Assembly: GCF_026571515.1 (NCBI RefSeq)
Contig: NW_026865396.1
Location: forward strand, 310,001 to 374,000
DNA: 64,000 bases
Direction of reading: 5' to 3'
Source of the DNA: Ruditapes philippinarum
Taxonomy: Eukaryota
Shown here: positions 10,992-23,773 of the stretch, piece by piece
Position numbering within the stretch: position 1 is the stretch's first letter
Layout: each line of letters begins with the position of its first letter
Position numbers and translations under genes: made by a program
Notes under the pieces: model-generated
Seen by the model: only the letters and a program-made list of their open reading frames with translations
What the model was told of the DNA's origin: nothing
The model's database searches: none

Positions 10992-13954
10992 AACACAAAA
11001 CACAACAACAAAGAAAACCATTCAGACTATACTGTATACATATTGTGTTGAGAAGTATTTAATGACGGCATGAAAAAGACAATTCCTGATGACTAATTAC
11101 TTAGTCTACCCTTAAACATGCCCTTTAAGTGAAAGCTCATGTAAAACTAAATCATAGGACCTTTTTATTGTTTTAAAAAAAATTGTACGTCGTTATTAGT
11201 AATTTTCCTGACGTCATTTTGTTCATTGATGTCATACATGACGTCATATGACGTTTAAGCATTCGTTTTTATGGTGCGCAAATCGTTTAATAATACACAT
11301 GATAACCCTATCTGTTTGATAAGGAAATGGTGTGAAGCGTGTTGGAAAAGTAATAATTAGGTAGCAAAAATTGTGCTTTGCGACGTGTGCACCCTTTTGT
11401 GCATCCGCAGTCTTGTTTATTGTGTTCTAATCATACAAGTAAGAAGTAAAACTGAATTGATAATACAGGTATTGATTCTATCTGAGCAAAATAATGGTTG
11501 TTTGTTAAGTTCTTGTTACTTAATATCACTATTATGATAATGTGGAAATTTGTAATAAAATTTTTATTACATGATACAACAAAATGCAGGTGTTTGGTTG
11601 TCTACTGTAGATTAAAAAAATATAAGTTAGGGTTTTATCATAGGGAGAACTATTCTATTTTATATTATTTATACCATTCAAAATAAAAATCGTGTGTGTG
11701 GTGTTTTGCTGTTGAATTTTAAGGGATGTTGTTATTGGCTCGAGGTAGTGACGAATTCGAACAAATGCATCGGCAAAATATTTATTCTAACCCTGTCGAA
11801 CTGAGTCCGTAAAAAACCCCAACAAAAACAGTTGACTGGTATTAAAATAGTGACAAAGCAGTACGTGCAATATGGAATTCTGTGATCACTTACCATACAA
11901 CTGTAGCTTTGATATAACAGTTAGATGGGGTGTTTTTAAAATGATGTTAATTTTATGAGAGGTTTCACGTCACTATGTATTCACTTTATTTCAAGTAATT
12001 GCAGTTTATTTTCTTCTAATTACTACTCTTATATCACATGTTATCTGGGTATCTATTCTATTAAGATCAGAGTCTATCTCTTCCCTATTCAGATCTTCAG
12101 ATTAAGCTGTTAGGCCATTAAATTCATGACGCGTTATAAATAAAAAAGAGGCTTTTCCGCCATGTCACAAAGCGCATAAACACAATGTGTTCATAGTCGT
12201 TGAAGTAATGATGTGAATTTAATGACACAAATGTTATTCTAAGTGAATAATAAGAGACGATTCTCCCCTGTCATCGTGACGATTAAATTCTTTTTTTCCA
12301 CAAATATCTCTGACAAAGTGTCTGAAGGTTTACCCGTCTGTGTATTGACTTATATCATTTTGGGCCAAGTACAGTTACCCCCCATAGGGCAGCTTCTGTT
12401 AAAAGAGTGCACGTTGATTATGGACTCTGATGGGTGAAAAATGAAGATACGTGATTAAAACATAAAATAGCTCTGTTCAAATATTTAAAGACCGAAATGA
12501 CTTTCTTAAATCTTTCCGCGTAATGTATGGATAGATTGACACTACCTTGTTTAGAAAATCACGAAAGTGCTAAATTATTTATTAAAGTATTTATTTCTAA
12601 TACCCTCAATAAATATACTTATTTACACGTTATAAAAAGATTAAATCTAAGCCCATCTCCGTCAGATAAAAGGGAAACAAACGTTCATAGGAAAATAAAT
12701 CTGCAATGTGAAAGAACTGAATAACTGAATGATATTTGCAGTTTTTCTCCATCGTACGACATGTGATGACGAAATAAAATTGTTCTAGCTCTTAAAAATA
12801 ACATTTTTTTTTAAAGACACACATTTTGACCGTAGTAAGAGAAGCGACACTTTGGCAAGAAAACCAGAACATATGTTTGGTTAAAACAATCAAACCAGGT
12901 TTGTTGTACACTTAAAATATCAAATAACACAATGAAACGTCGATTTACCGTACCACTTCATATCCAATGACTTTCCGCAAAGTGGCACAAACACTGTCTG
13001 TCTATTTCTTCCCAATGTTAACTTTTGTATATGTTTCTTCAGCATCCTGAAATTCGAATTATTAAAAGGAAATATTTTGCACTTCACATTAAGCATTGAC
13101 AATAATTGATGTTTTACTTGGGTTGTAAAATAAAAAAAAGAAAGAACAAGATGGTCGATGGCTTGCAATTACCACTACTGTCCATGAACAGGCCGCCAAA
13201 ATTTTCAATTTTGTCGTTTTTGGCGTTCTTTAGAAATTCTTTTTTTCACTATTTTGATATAAAGAGAAATTTATTAAGATAACTGTATCGAGTAACTATG
13301 AATATTATGTGTACTTAATACAGCACCATTGCCTTTGACAATATCTGCATCAGCGACTTTAACAGCGTTTAAATGCATGTATATATGTTAGTATGAAATG
13401 TTCATATAAAACGTTATCAACAAAGGTTGATAGCACATTTATGTGTAAACAAACAATAACTGGACGTAAATGTCGGTGGTTATTTAAGGTTGCTGACCGG
13501 CTGTGTTCATGTAGTTAATAATAAACCTGTGATAATCGTGATAAATCACAAACTATGAAAAACAAGATCAACAAAGAAGGGCGGCGTTCAATGAACGCAA
13601 CCCGCACACGACTTAACACATCTGCGGATGTTTCTAAATTCAAAATTTCACCATTAAAATGTTTAACACGGCAAAATTGACAGGTTCGCCTTGATTGAGC
13701 GGAAGGTCTTTCAAAAGCAACAATTTTAATGAAGCTGCAAAGAGGCAATATTTCCAAATATTCCAAAAATAAAATTAAATGTGAATATCATTAACTTGAT
13801 AATCAAATTAAAGTAGCAAATAAACTTACGGGTGAACTATCGGCATGTGAAACTTGGTTTGATCTAGTGACCACCGATAATCCCAATCATCAACTGTCAT
13901 GTTACTAACGTCAGTAAAGTCGCCAAACTGATTTAACTTCTGTTTTCCCTCCAT
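4811..13954 (-). CDS. TPMT: Thiopurine S-methyltransferase, complete, 8 coding exons, 240 aa
   Basis: Exons 13830-13954, 12954-13046, 10592-10721, 9274-9329, 8283-8357, 7207-7292, 5680-5724, 4811-4923. All introns GT-AG and phase-compatible; 723 nt total. Motifs WDYRW..QTKFH, VFVPLCGKSLDM (SAM binding), GHEVVGNE, FDCIWDRGGFVAL, GPPF, SWG..FVEEVY. Confidence 0.96.
5500..5595 (-). mobile_element. Degenerate fragment of the same SINE
   Basis: tagctggagagctgcctcacatgg...ctcgggatcgaacc matches the SINE body and B box. Confidence 0.6.
5680..5724 (-). CDS. TPMT: TPMT coding exon 7 (GPPFNCTTKDVSKCF)
   Basis: 45 nt; ttttag acceptor, GTAAGT donor; GPPF motif. Confidence 0.94.
7207..7292 (-). CDS. TPMT: TPMT coding exon 6 (YANVMKSLMKPDCRYMLDCFLVDNEAFA)
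   Basis: 86 nt; tacag acceptor, GTAACG donor. Confidence 0.94.
7629..7905 (+). repeat. Dispersed repeat family B, locally duplicated (~138-bp period)
   Basis: tatgataaacaagatcaacaaggaaaggcggcgttcaatgaacgcaaccccca occurs twice; related pieces at 60-190(-), 9710-9760, 13560-13607, 33780-33870. Confidence 0.75.
8283..8357 (-). CDS. TPMT: TPMT coding exon 5 (KLCGKFDCIWDRGGFVALPVKDRKR)
   Basis: 75 nt; WDRG motif; AG/GT boundaries. Confidence 0.95.
8905..9173 (-). mobile_element. Second copy of the same SINE, B-box region deleted
   Basis: Near-identical body to 3105-3383; target duplication attcgttga(a/c)gt at 8895-8906 and 9174-9185; lies in TPMT intron. Confidence 0.9.
9274..9329 (-). CDS. TPMT: TPMT coding exon 4 (ATDGKSIKIYRCDCFDLT)
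   Basis: 56 nt; ttttccag acceptor; donor GTAGTAAG, with an alternative GT 3 nt downstream. Confidence 0.9.
10040..10236. mobile_element. Degenerate MITE with TTAACC...GGTTAA ends
   Basis: ttaaccta... at 10041 and ...aaaggttaa at 10236; a related piece occurs at 16320-16472. Confidence 0.45.
10336..10572. mobile_element. Palindromic MITE (~105-bp arms) in TPMT intron 3
   Basis: TGAGCCGCGTCACGACAAAACCAACATAATGGG...CCCATTATGTTGGTTTTGTCATGACGCGGCTCA; ends 19 nt from the exon 3 boundary. Confidence 0.92.
10592..10721 (-). CDS. TPMT: TPMT coding exon 3 (LLEEGHEVVGNECVDSACKQFFEENKIPYTTEKLGDVDGVLYK)
   Basis: 130 nt; cag acceptor, GTGAG donor. Confidence 0.95.
12954..13046 (-). CDS. TPMT: TPMT coding exon 2 (MLKKHIQKLTLGRNRQTVFVPLCGKSLDMKW)
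   Basis: 93 nt; tttcag acceptor, GTACGG donor; SAM-binding motif I; lies inside ORF-track 12920..13168. Confidence 0.95.
13830..13954 (-). CDS. TPMT: TPMT coding exon 1 (MEGKQKLNQFGDFTDVSNMTVDDWDYRWSLDQTKFHMPIVHP)
   Basis: ATG at 13954, preceded by acceptor tttcag 5 nt upstream; donor GTAAGT. Confidence 0.92.
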
Positions 13955-14230
13955 AATAACTGAAATCAGAACAAAACATATTGTATGATTCTTGATAAGT
14001 TATGAAGTAAATATTTCAAGACAATTTTTTTCACTATTTCTTTTTTTTAACTTTATTGTATTTTGAAAATGGAAACCTCTTGGACATTTCTTTTTGAAAA
14101 CTAATAAAGTACAAGCGTATTGTGTATTTACTAACTGTGACCACGTGACTGCATATATTACAAAATCAGACAGAATTTATGTCTTAAGTGCAACAAAGCC
14201 ACACAAAAATTTACAAAAATAATTTCTTAC

Positions 14231-14620
14231 CTTCCCTTTGTTATTATGATAATTTAAACAGAAATTTTAATGCAGTCCAACGTGTTACAAACCTAAGATG
14301 ACTTTTCATTAAATTTTGAAGAAAGAAATTTAAAAGAAGTTTTAGTTCCACCAACTGCGCACATATTAACAACTGCTTGTCGAATGAGTATATTCTCAAC
14401 GTTCGTCTACGTGATTATGCATTTCATCTATGATAATATTAAATTATTTTGTTGCATATGATCAAAAACATTTACAGAATTAGCTGAATAAATTAAATAT
14501 CCTTTAAAGTAAAGCTATGATCCGGGTAAACACTGCACCGTTTGACCGTTACCTGTAGTTGACATGACGGAACTAATACACACACGGTCCTCAGTCTGAT
14601 TTAATCGCTCCGATATCCCG
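14231..14620 (-). promoter_or_regulatory. Candidate 5'UTR exon(s)/promoter region of TPMT
   Basis: The acceptor just upstream of the ATG requires an upstream exon. Consensus donors AAG|GTAAGA (exon end 14231) and CAG|GTAACG (exon end 14553); locally CpG-richer sequence at 14520-14625. Confidence 0.4.
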
Positions 14621-16496
14621 TTTCTTAAGGGATGTTTTATATATATAGTAGTCTAAGTAGGGAAAATGTTTATAACAAATATGAATTATTACAAAGTGTA
14701 TCATAAAACTTGTGTCGAGTCATTATGACAAGACGGAAATAGTTTTTTCACGTATGTTTATGAATATGTAGTAACAAAATGCAAAGTGGCCTCTAAAGTA
14801 GGAAATGTACTGGTTCGATTTTTAATTTTTAAAGACAAATGATTGAAACGTTTTGATGCATTTGGTATTCCATCATAGTTTGTATTACACCACACTTCCT
14901 CATAAGGCTAATTACACCTTTTACGGGTCCGATAAGTATAAATAATTGAGATTAATAATATAGGAAATAGAAAAGGACACAGATAAATCTCAAACAAAAG
15001 TTAAATCGAATATGTACATACAATAGTAATCAGAATGCTTTTTTGCAAACTTGTGAGAAATGAACATTTAAATGAAATATAAATTTAGCGCGTCCTTTAA
15101 ATCTTTTTTTATAAAGAAGAAAATAAAATAATTTCAGTAGTTGTACTTATGAAGTAGATATTGTAGATTAATTATACCAACGCCACATATGAGAGGAATG
15201 GTACAATAAACGAAATCTAGCACTTTCACTGACAAGTCCTACATTTTACCCAAGTATTCTTAGTGGCCCAAATAAACTTAATGGTGCATTTTCCCCCAAG
15301 TATATTTACTGGTATGACCGGTAAGTGTGTATACGTTTCAATTCAAGTTCGACTAGATTATCTGACTATTTAAAGCTAAATACAACCATTAAGTAAATTC
15401 GATCATTTACAACTTATCAGACTGTCCGAAACACAAAATTATATATATATTTCATTGATTTATATGTATTAACCATTGCTAAGATATATTGATTTCTAGC
15501 TATTGTTTCAAATGTAAACGTTAATTTTTATAAACAAAATTGCATAGACATATAAATAAAAAAACAACACAAAAAGTATTTAAGTTTGTACACATTTGAC
15601 ACACTCGAGGTTTATTTTTGATTATACATGTACAATTTTGTCGTCTGTATAGTATTAACATTATGTTGTCAATGACACACATTTAGAATGTTTAAATGTA
15701 TCACAGGTACCTATTATCTTCTTATATCTATACAACGAATGTTTATATCACAATTACCTATTATCTTCTAATATCTATACAACAGACAAATTATGATTTT
15801 TTTTCAAAAGTGCTGCGTCATGATGATATAGCAAATACTATTTGATTTCGCTATCCACTCCGCAATGGCCTAACACTTCACTAAATTATGAATGTCATAT
15901 TTTTGAAATATTGACAAGTGCCAATCGACAAAAATTGTACCCTGTCTTATTTTAACAAATATTAAAATTTGTCTTCTTATTTAAACAAATCTTAACACAT
16001 TTTGTTTGAGAGACAAAATATTTTATGTGACGCGAATAAAGGGATCGTCTGCTATCCAAACAACAATTCATACATCATTATCGTAACAACTCGGCTTTCT
16101 CCGGCAACTCCGTAAGAAAAACCGAAATCGCCCGAGCTGTTCCACTTGTTATCATATATCAAATTTAATTGTGTAACTTTCTGTAAATCTGCACGAGATT
16201 AATTTCTATTCTCGATACCAGCTATAACATTAGTTTCCTTACATAAAATGGTATCAAGAGCTGCTTTATATTTCATCACATTTCACGTGACCTGAATCTG
16301 TATATAATATTTAAAAAAATATAATTTCCATTCTTGTGAAACCAAAAGTATTGACACCAGTAGAGAATCAGACTTCCCAAATTTATATCCTGATATTCCA
16401 AAATATGAAAATGGACTTCCCTAAAAACGAAATCTGGGCAAGTTAGTTTAAGAAATTCAGGGAGGAAGGGTTTTTATTATATACTTATAAAGTAAA

Positions 16497-16812
16497 TAAT
16501 GAGAAATATTGATGAAATAAAATTGATATCTCCATTTTCCGTGTTTTCACTGCAAATATTTATTTTTCACTGCTGTGAAATATATTTTCAGTATTTTCAC
16601 TGGTATTTTTCCGGACTACTTTCTTTTTAATTCAGACATTACACAAACTTATAGGGCAAAATCTATTGAAATGTAAGGTCAAAAAAGTATACAATAAACA
16701 GAAGTCTATAAATACGGGATTTATTTTCATCTCACGGTATGAAAAGAAATATTTCACGAGTGGCGAAAATAAATCCCGTATTTATAGTTAAAACTTGAAT
16801 ATCCTCTATATA
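16497..16812 (+). repeat. Dispersed repeat family C, copy 1 (probable non-autonomous DNA element)
   Basis: Collinear with 49698-50050: ttttcactgg..ccggactactttc..aaaataaatcccgtatttata..aacttgaata. Confidence 0.75.
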
Positions 16813-17427
16813 CAATGTATCTTAATTTTTAGTCGACAGGTTAGTGATTAAATTATACGATTAGTGTAATATAACTTATAACTTAGGCGCTAAATTTGAA
16901 TTGCTCGATCTTAACATTTCCCTGACTACAAAATTGTCAACTGTTTTTATTCTTACCATCTTGTTATGTATCCCATTTTGTTTTCTATTATTCTATTATT
17001 CTAACGAACTTACAATTATTATTAGACAATCATTTCAAGAAAATCAGTATCATATATAGAATATGTAGAACCACTAAGCAGAATCCCAACAAAATACTCT
17101 AGATAACGAAACTGAAAATGTTACAAGCTCGGTTTGACTGGGCCAGTTTATGGACGGTACAGGAAAGAGCAAACTACCGTCCTCGCAGCTTTCAGATTCG
17201 GTTGGATTGAGTCGGTTCATAACAGAAAATGAAAGGTGCAATATCATTAATAAACACAAGGTCTTTCATTATCAACATCATTAATTAAAATGTTATATTT
17301 TTATAATTTGCAGTACAGTTTGTACAGTTTAAATAGATGTTGATAATAATATATAAAACCTTTAGTTATATGATAATCCTTTAGAAAAATTAGATATTAG
17401 ATCTACAATGTTTTCAGAAAAATTAAA

Positions 17428-18070
17428 ATGAAAAAGAAGAAAAAAGAGGAAGAAGATAAAAAAGAAGATAAACTAGAAAAAAGAACAAATGTTTTCAAGA
17501 ACGAAGAAGAAAAAAGAACATAACTTCACAGGAATATATATATAGAAGATAAAAAGAAAGAAGATGGTAAAGAGAAAGAACAATAAGAAGAGGAAAACGA
17601 AAGAAGAGGAAAATGGAAACACATTAGCAAAAAATAGCACAGAAGAAAATTAGAAAAATTGGAAGCAAAGAATTAAAGAAAAAAGGAAGCAAAGAACGAA
17701 CACACAGAGTATGAAGAAGTGACAGAAGAGAAAGAATTATTAAAATAGAAGGAGAAATGAAAAAAAAAGATAAAGAAAATATAGTAGATTGATATAAAGA
17801 AAGAAATATGAATGAAGAAGACGTAGAAGTGGAGGAACTCAAGAACTTGAAAAAGGAAGCAGACAAAGAAGAGAAAGGGGAAGAAAAAAGAGAAAAAGAG
17901 TTGAGAAAGGAGAAGGTAGAAGAAAATATGATTGAAATAGACGAGGACGATGAATAAAAGAATATGAAGGAAGGGAAGAAAGAAAAGGAGAAGAAGAAAA
18001 TAAAGAGCAAAAACAAAGAAACAATAAAATAAGCAAAAATGACAAACGGGGAAGAGAACAAGCAGGAAAG
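17428..18070 (+). repeat. Purine-rich low-complexity tract (decayed GAA/AAA triplet repeat)
   Basis: Almost entirely A/G with triplet periodicity; multiple plus-strand stops. Confidence 0.75.
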
Positions 18071-19661
18071 TGTCTTTACAAATTTATATTGCAGAATAAT
18101 TTTCAATGCTGGTGGAATAGAATCCTTATGTTAAACTGTAATGAATTTTTGGCCTGTTGGTTTTCATTTTCGAGTTTTTGAGGTGATCAATTCACTTTCA
18201 GCATCCAGTTCCTTCGACCTATTTTGTTTCTACTCATAAGTACATGACATTCTTTTAAGAAATATATATGTCGCTTCTTGTTCCATTTACGCTATGAAAT
18301 ACGGAGATTGACGAAATATGCCGAGTTTTCACGAACTTTCGCTGTATGTGATACAATAGGACTGCACTATGGATATATGCTCTACACCATTCATGATATA
18401 ACTTTACATTTCCGTATACATCAGGGTGAAATTAGTAGCATGACTTTGCTACATTTTTCTCTCTTTAAGTCACTCTTAGATTGAAATAATTATCGTTCAA
18501 GATCGAAGTCCTTAATTTGGTTACAATATATTGACCAATTATCCAACTTATGAGGCCAATTAGTAGTAACTTTTAACGCTATAACAACAACGGGGTCATA
18601 TAATGTAATGCTCAGTTATTTTCCCAACCATTTTAGCAAATTTAGCAATGACATTGCACATTTAAAAATATCAAGGGGAAAACTATTTTTATATAATTAC
18701 TATTGAGAAAACAGTTTTTTTTTATGAATTTGTACCCTAACATTAAATAATAATTATCTGCCGTCGAGACATTATATTGCAACATGTCGATATTCCTGTT
18801 TTCTTTTGACAGCCATGAATCGACACATTTTAAAGGACGTTCTAGTTAAGTTAAAAGAAAATACTTTAAGGTGATGCGTCCACCACTTGTACGTAAAAGG
18901 TTACAAGAAAACCCTGTTAATTTCCATGTCCATATGGGATTAGCACCAAAACCTCTTCTTATGTAAAGGATTTATTACATATTATTATAAACGAAATGGA
19001 TATAGGTGTTTGGTTATTGAACAAAGTGGCGATGATGGGTCACCGAAACTTCGGAATATTTAGTGAGATATCGTGGACAATAATAATTGTCCATGCACAC
19101 ACAGAATGCTTGGTTCTTGTTGGTCCTCCAAGAGTGACCGCCATTGTCTGATAATTAATGCACGAAGATTATTATCCATCAGAGAAAAAAAAACAAGAAG
19201 ATCGCCATATAATCAGATATCGAAGTAAATTAAAAAAAAAACTATAACAGAATCTATGAAGAAGGCCAAAAAACGGCATAATTGAAATGTTGTTGATTAA
19301 GCCTGTTCATGGACGATAATGGTAAAAGCTAGCAACCGTTCACGCCCGCTAGCACCGGCTTAACAAAACAAAATAATCTGAAACCTTGTCTGAAGTCTCT
19401 TCTTACATTATATGAAATACACCATACATATTGGTCAGTGTTGCATTGTAATTGCAATAAATGGGTAATTGCACTATGAAGACGATCAATGAGTTCAGTT
19501 ATTTGTGAGGTAATATATGCTGACGATGGAACCTTTTAGGGCGTACAAATATCTTTAGTTTTATGAAAGTAAATCATTGAATTTGTAATTACGTTACTTA
19601 AAATCTGGACAAAACTATACGAAAGAAGCGACTGCCTTTTATCTAGAGTATAAGAAAGATA

Positions 19662-19902
19662 CGAGGGTTGTCTAAAAAATTCGTGCACTGCAGTTATTGT
19701 CGTGAGAGTTATTGATAGACAAACATGAATTATATATCACTAGAAGGGGAGATCTCTCTCAAGTAAGAAAACAAAAGAGAAAATCGTGTAACCGGCATGT
19801 CGTGAAACAGATTGCCCCTTCAAATGATATATAATTCATTTGTTTTTATTTATAACTCTCACGACAATAACTGCAGTGCACGGAGTTTTTGGACAACCCT
19901 CG
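19662..19902. mobile_element. Tc1/mariner-type MITE, 241 bp, TA target duplication
   Basis: TA|CGAGGGTTGTC..GTGCACTGCAGTTATTGTCGTGAGAGTTAT ... ATAACTCTCACGACAATAACTGCAGTGCAC..GACAACCCTCG|TA; ~52-bp TIRs. Confidence 0.9.
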
Positions 19903-20230
19903 TAGTACTGTTCAAGTTCACTTGATTTGTAAGTGTGTTAACATATAGATTAGACCATCTTCAAAACGTGATGGTTATGACACTTGAAGAGTTTTAAAGA
20001 TTTGTTTACTGAATATTTAATAACGAAAATGTGACCAGATCATGATCAATAACTCAACCTATGAGCCATGACATAGCAAATTTAATCTTTCAGAAGAAGT
20101 GGACATGTTTGTATAGGTAGACATCACCATGCTGGCAGAAGATCAACGCACTTTAAACAGATCGAAAATATGGGTGTCAAGAAGAACAAATTTTTTTTAC
20201 CCAAGATCATACGTATTCATAAGAAATATT

Positions 20231-20430
20231 TGAGCCGTGTCACGACAAAACCAACATAATGGGTTTGCGACCAGCATGGATCCAGACCAGCCTGCGCATC
20301 CGCGCAGTCTGACCAGGATCCATGCTGTTCGCTATCAGTATCTCTACTTGTAAAAGGGTTGGTAAGCGAACAGCATGGATCCTGATCAGACTGCGCGGAT
20401 GCTATGTTGGTTTTGTCATGACACGGCTCA
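20231..20430. mobile_element. Second copy of the palindromic MITE, with a deletion in the right arm
   Basis: Same termini and spacer as 10336-10572. Confidence 0.92.
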
Positions 20431-20811
20431 TTTGAACTTTACAAGGTCACTACAAGGTCGGTCCTACATAAGAATTCATTGGCTGTAAAGGTCAAATTAT
20501 GTTGGTCATACTTCCACATTTGAAACTTTAGAAAATTACCTATTCATGTAGAATTAGTTATTCACCTAAATGCGTATGGCATGCATTTAAAGCTTATTTT
20601 TCAATGGTATAGAATCTATATAAATTACCTAAAACACGGATCATTAAATTGTCGCACGCCAGTGCACATTTGACTTTTAAAACTGGCAGATTAACATCGT
20701 ACATTTGTATACGAACAATTTCTATAAAGTATAAGGTCAATTAGAGGTTCAAACCGAGCTGCGGTGTTCTCGTTGAAGATCTAGAAGTTCAATTTCTAGC
20801 ATTTGATTTAA

Positions 20812-21603
20812 GGTATAAGCACCGTAATGCATTACCTCCGCTTTGAAGAGTATTCAAATAGGCTAGAACTACTGTTAACTACATTGAAAATGAGGGCCAT
20901 GGGTTCAATCCCCAGAAGGGTCAACTTTTTTTTTCTTTCTTTTTTTCTTTTAACATTATTTATGTATCTCTCATGTCCCATTTGGAAAGAAAAAAGTGTT
21001 TAATTTTGATTTTTTAATTTATATAGGTATTTATTGGCTAAATTATGCTAAATCTAGTAATAAATATGGTACCTGATATTTTCAAAGTGTAATATAATCA
21101 AAACTAGATGGTAAAAGTATTTCATATTTTACAAGATCAACCAATATACTTTTTTAAAATTTTGGGAAACTTTGAAAACAGGCACCCATTTGGGTAAATT
21201 TTAAGAATTTTTTAAATTAGGCTCCCTAAGTAGAAAAATGGTCAGACACGTGGTAAAAATGGGTGGGGTAGGGTAACATTTTTATACAGATTTCATAAAT
21301 TTTAAGTAGAACCATAATTTTGCTTATTTGGATTGTTAGCTGAATGGTACTTTTTGTTTCTTACCAAAAATTAATGGGAAAACATTTTTCATTAGAATGT
21401 TATTGCAGATTATTTAAAGGTTCCTACTTTCTAAAAAAGGGCCCTCATAACATCCTAGCTTGAGTTCAGAAAAGTGGCCATAACTTGATTTCCGTACGGT
21501 AAACTTTGTTTAAATTTTGCATACAGGTGTACTTTAAGGTATACATCTGACTTATGATGTCAATTTTTTAGTTCCTGATAGTGCCCATTAGGGTCCTAAT
21601 ACC
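20812..21603 (+). mobile_element. Non-autonomous DNA transposon with TTAA target site (Kolobok-like), 792 bp
   Basis: TTAA|GGTATAAGCACCGTAATG ... CATTAGGGTCCTAATACC|TTAA (15/18 TIR match); second copy at 38394. Confidence 0.82.
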
Positions 21604-23437
21604 TTAAGTCGAGGTTAACGACCTTTCCGGGTGCTAAATTTTAGCAATAATTGCGCCAAACTTCTCTGAAATCTGTTTATCTTTATTTTTTATTAAAGCT
21701 ATAGGCTCGAATAACCTTCATACAAACCGAACTTTCAAAGTACAAATAACTTCATTGCGAATTATCTTCATTATCACAAATCATAACCGACCATGACTCA
21801 GCAAAATTGAATCTGTAACGATTGTCCGATAACGTCATTTGTCACATGACATAAATCTCGTGTGAACGTGATACTTTCACGTTGTAAATAAAACGTATCA
21901 TTCGTATATACTAAATTATTAAAATATGACAAAACTCTCTATTCATGAACGCAGGAAATGGAAATGTTTAGATCTGTATGTTTTATGCCCACATTAATTA
22001 TACGAAACGGTGTACCGTGAGATTTTATATTCATTTGTTTACATGATTAATGTCTTTTTACTGTATTACAAATGTGAAAGTAATATTCTCATTCGATATA
22101 GCCTTTATTTGACAAAACTGCGTTATACGAACTTGACATGTGCATAAATATGCATTTTGTGATATTTTTTTTCTTCTTCACGTTTTGATAACTTTTAATA
22201 ATAAAGTTATACGTCTGCTTGAAATAGATACCGTTAGATTTTTAAAATGAACGCCAATGCTGCAATCTCACTGTAGTATAATTTTCTGTCATAATATAAT
22301 ATAAAAACAGAACAAGACATTAAAAGGCACATTATGCCTCACAAAACGACTTTTTTACCTTCTTTAGAAAGGGCAAAAACTAGTTTATAACATTAAAATA
22401 ACTGTTTTTAGATAATATAAAGTTATCATCACTTGAAGAATGTAGCGCTGAATGTGAAACTTTTTGTTACAAAAGTAGTAAAATGTAAACAAATTAGTAT
22501 TTTGATTTCCATACAAAAGCTTAATCACTACATGTTATTGCTAATTGCAAAAATAGCAACAGAAGAAGGCAGTTGCTTCAAGTTATTATGTAATTGGCCA
22601 GTGAGTTATTTTTTTGGAAACTGATTACGGGGCACTAAAATAAAAAGCATTTCTAAGGCAATACGTAAATGCATTTATACATGAACAAGTACATACAGTT
22701 CAAAACTATATAAGTGTAGAATGTTACATTGCATTTTATAGCAGTGTAAAATAGTGCATTACGGTATTATACAATACAGTAGAATACAGTTAGTTCACAG
22801 TTAGTTAAATACAATACAGTATCATTCAGATAAGAAAAAAACACAATGCTGAAAGGAAGACATTATTTTTAGATATTCAACAAATCAAAGTACGCTATAA
22901 CGCTTGAAAAGGAAAACGAGATTCGATGTACCATACGCACGCACGCACGCACACAAAGCAAAACAAGTCAAGTTACGCCGAAGTTTATCATTGCATTTAC
23001 CACATATCCAATAAAATCGGTATTGCACAGCCGTGCATATGTTTCGACGTAACGTCAAATGTTACAAATGTAACGCTATGAACGCTTTTCTTAATGTTTA
23101 GAGTTTTTATTTTGGGTAAGTGATAAAAAGAATATTATATTCGTGTAGCCTCATTACCATACCTATTAAATTCGTTGAAAAATGATGTTAGTCGTGCAAT
23201 TTTGTATATCCTTATATACGCTGGCACTGTGGGTTATCGATATAAAATAAAAGCTTGCTTGTACCATAAAATATCAGCAGAATACCGTATATCTGTAAAC
23301 TTTAATACATTAAGAAACACTATAATATCAGTAACTCTATCCAGTGTAGTAACATAAATTAAAAAGATCACTGAATGTAAGCAAAACCTTTATTCTATTA
23401 TCGTGCTAGTGTTAAGTGTCCATATGGAAAATAAGCT

Positions 23438-23773
23438 ATGAATATACACGCCGAATATATTCATTTGTGTATGATAATATTATTTGCGTATGAATAAATA
23501 ATTGGCGTATGGAATTATAATATGCGTATGGATATATCATTTGAATATGGATGCATTAATTGGTATGAATATATCATTTACGTTTGTATATTTTATTTGC
23601 TATGAATATACCATTTGCGTATGAATATATCATTTGCGTATGAATAAATCTTTTGTGTCTTATGGACAAATCATTTGCTTCATGTATATATCATTTTATA
23701 AATTTACATAATATTTTATGAACTTTATTATCTGCGTATGAACAAATATTAGCGTATGAATATATCATTTGCG
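23438..23773. repeat. Minisatellite, 19-bp unit TGCGTATGAATATATCATT, ~17 degenerate copies
   Basis: Periodicity visible directly, e.g. 23617-23650. Confidence 0.85.

Noticed and set aside
17624-18106. 160-aa F/S/L-rich ORF, or an E/K-rich plus-strand gene
   Set aside because: Antisense of a purine-rich low-complexity tract; the plus frames contain several stops.
19072-19095. Third footprint-like palindrome CGTGGACAATAATAATTGTCCATG
   Set aside because: No flanking duplication (GAGATAT versus CACACAC) and different arms; cannot be supported.
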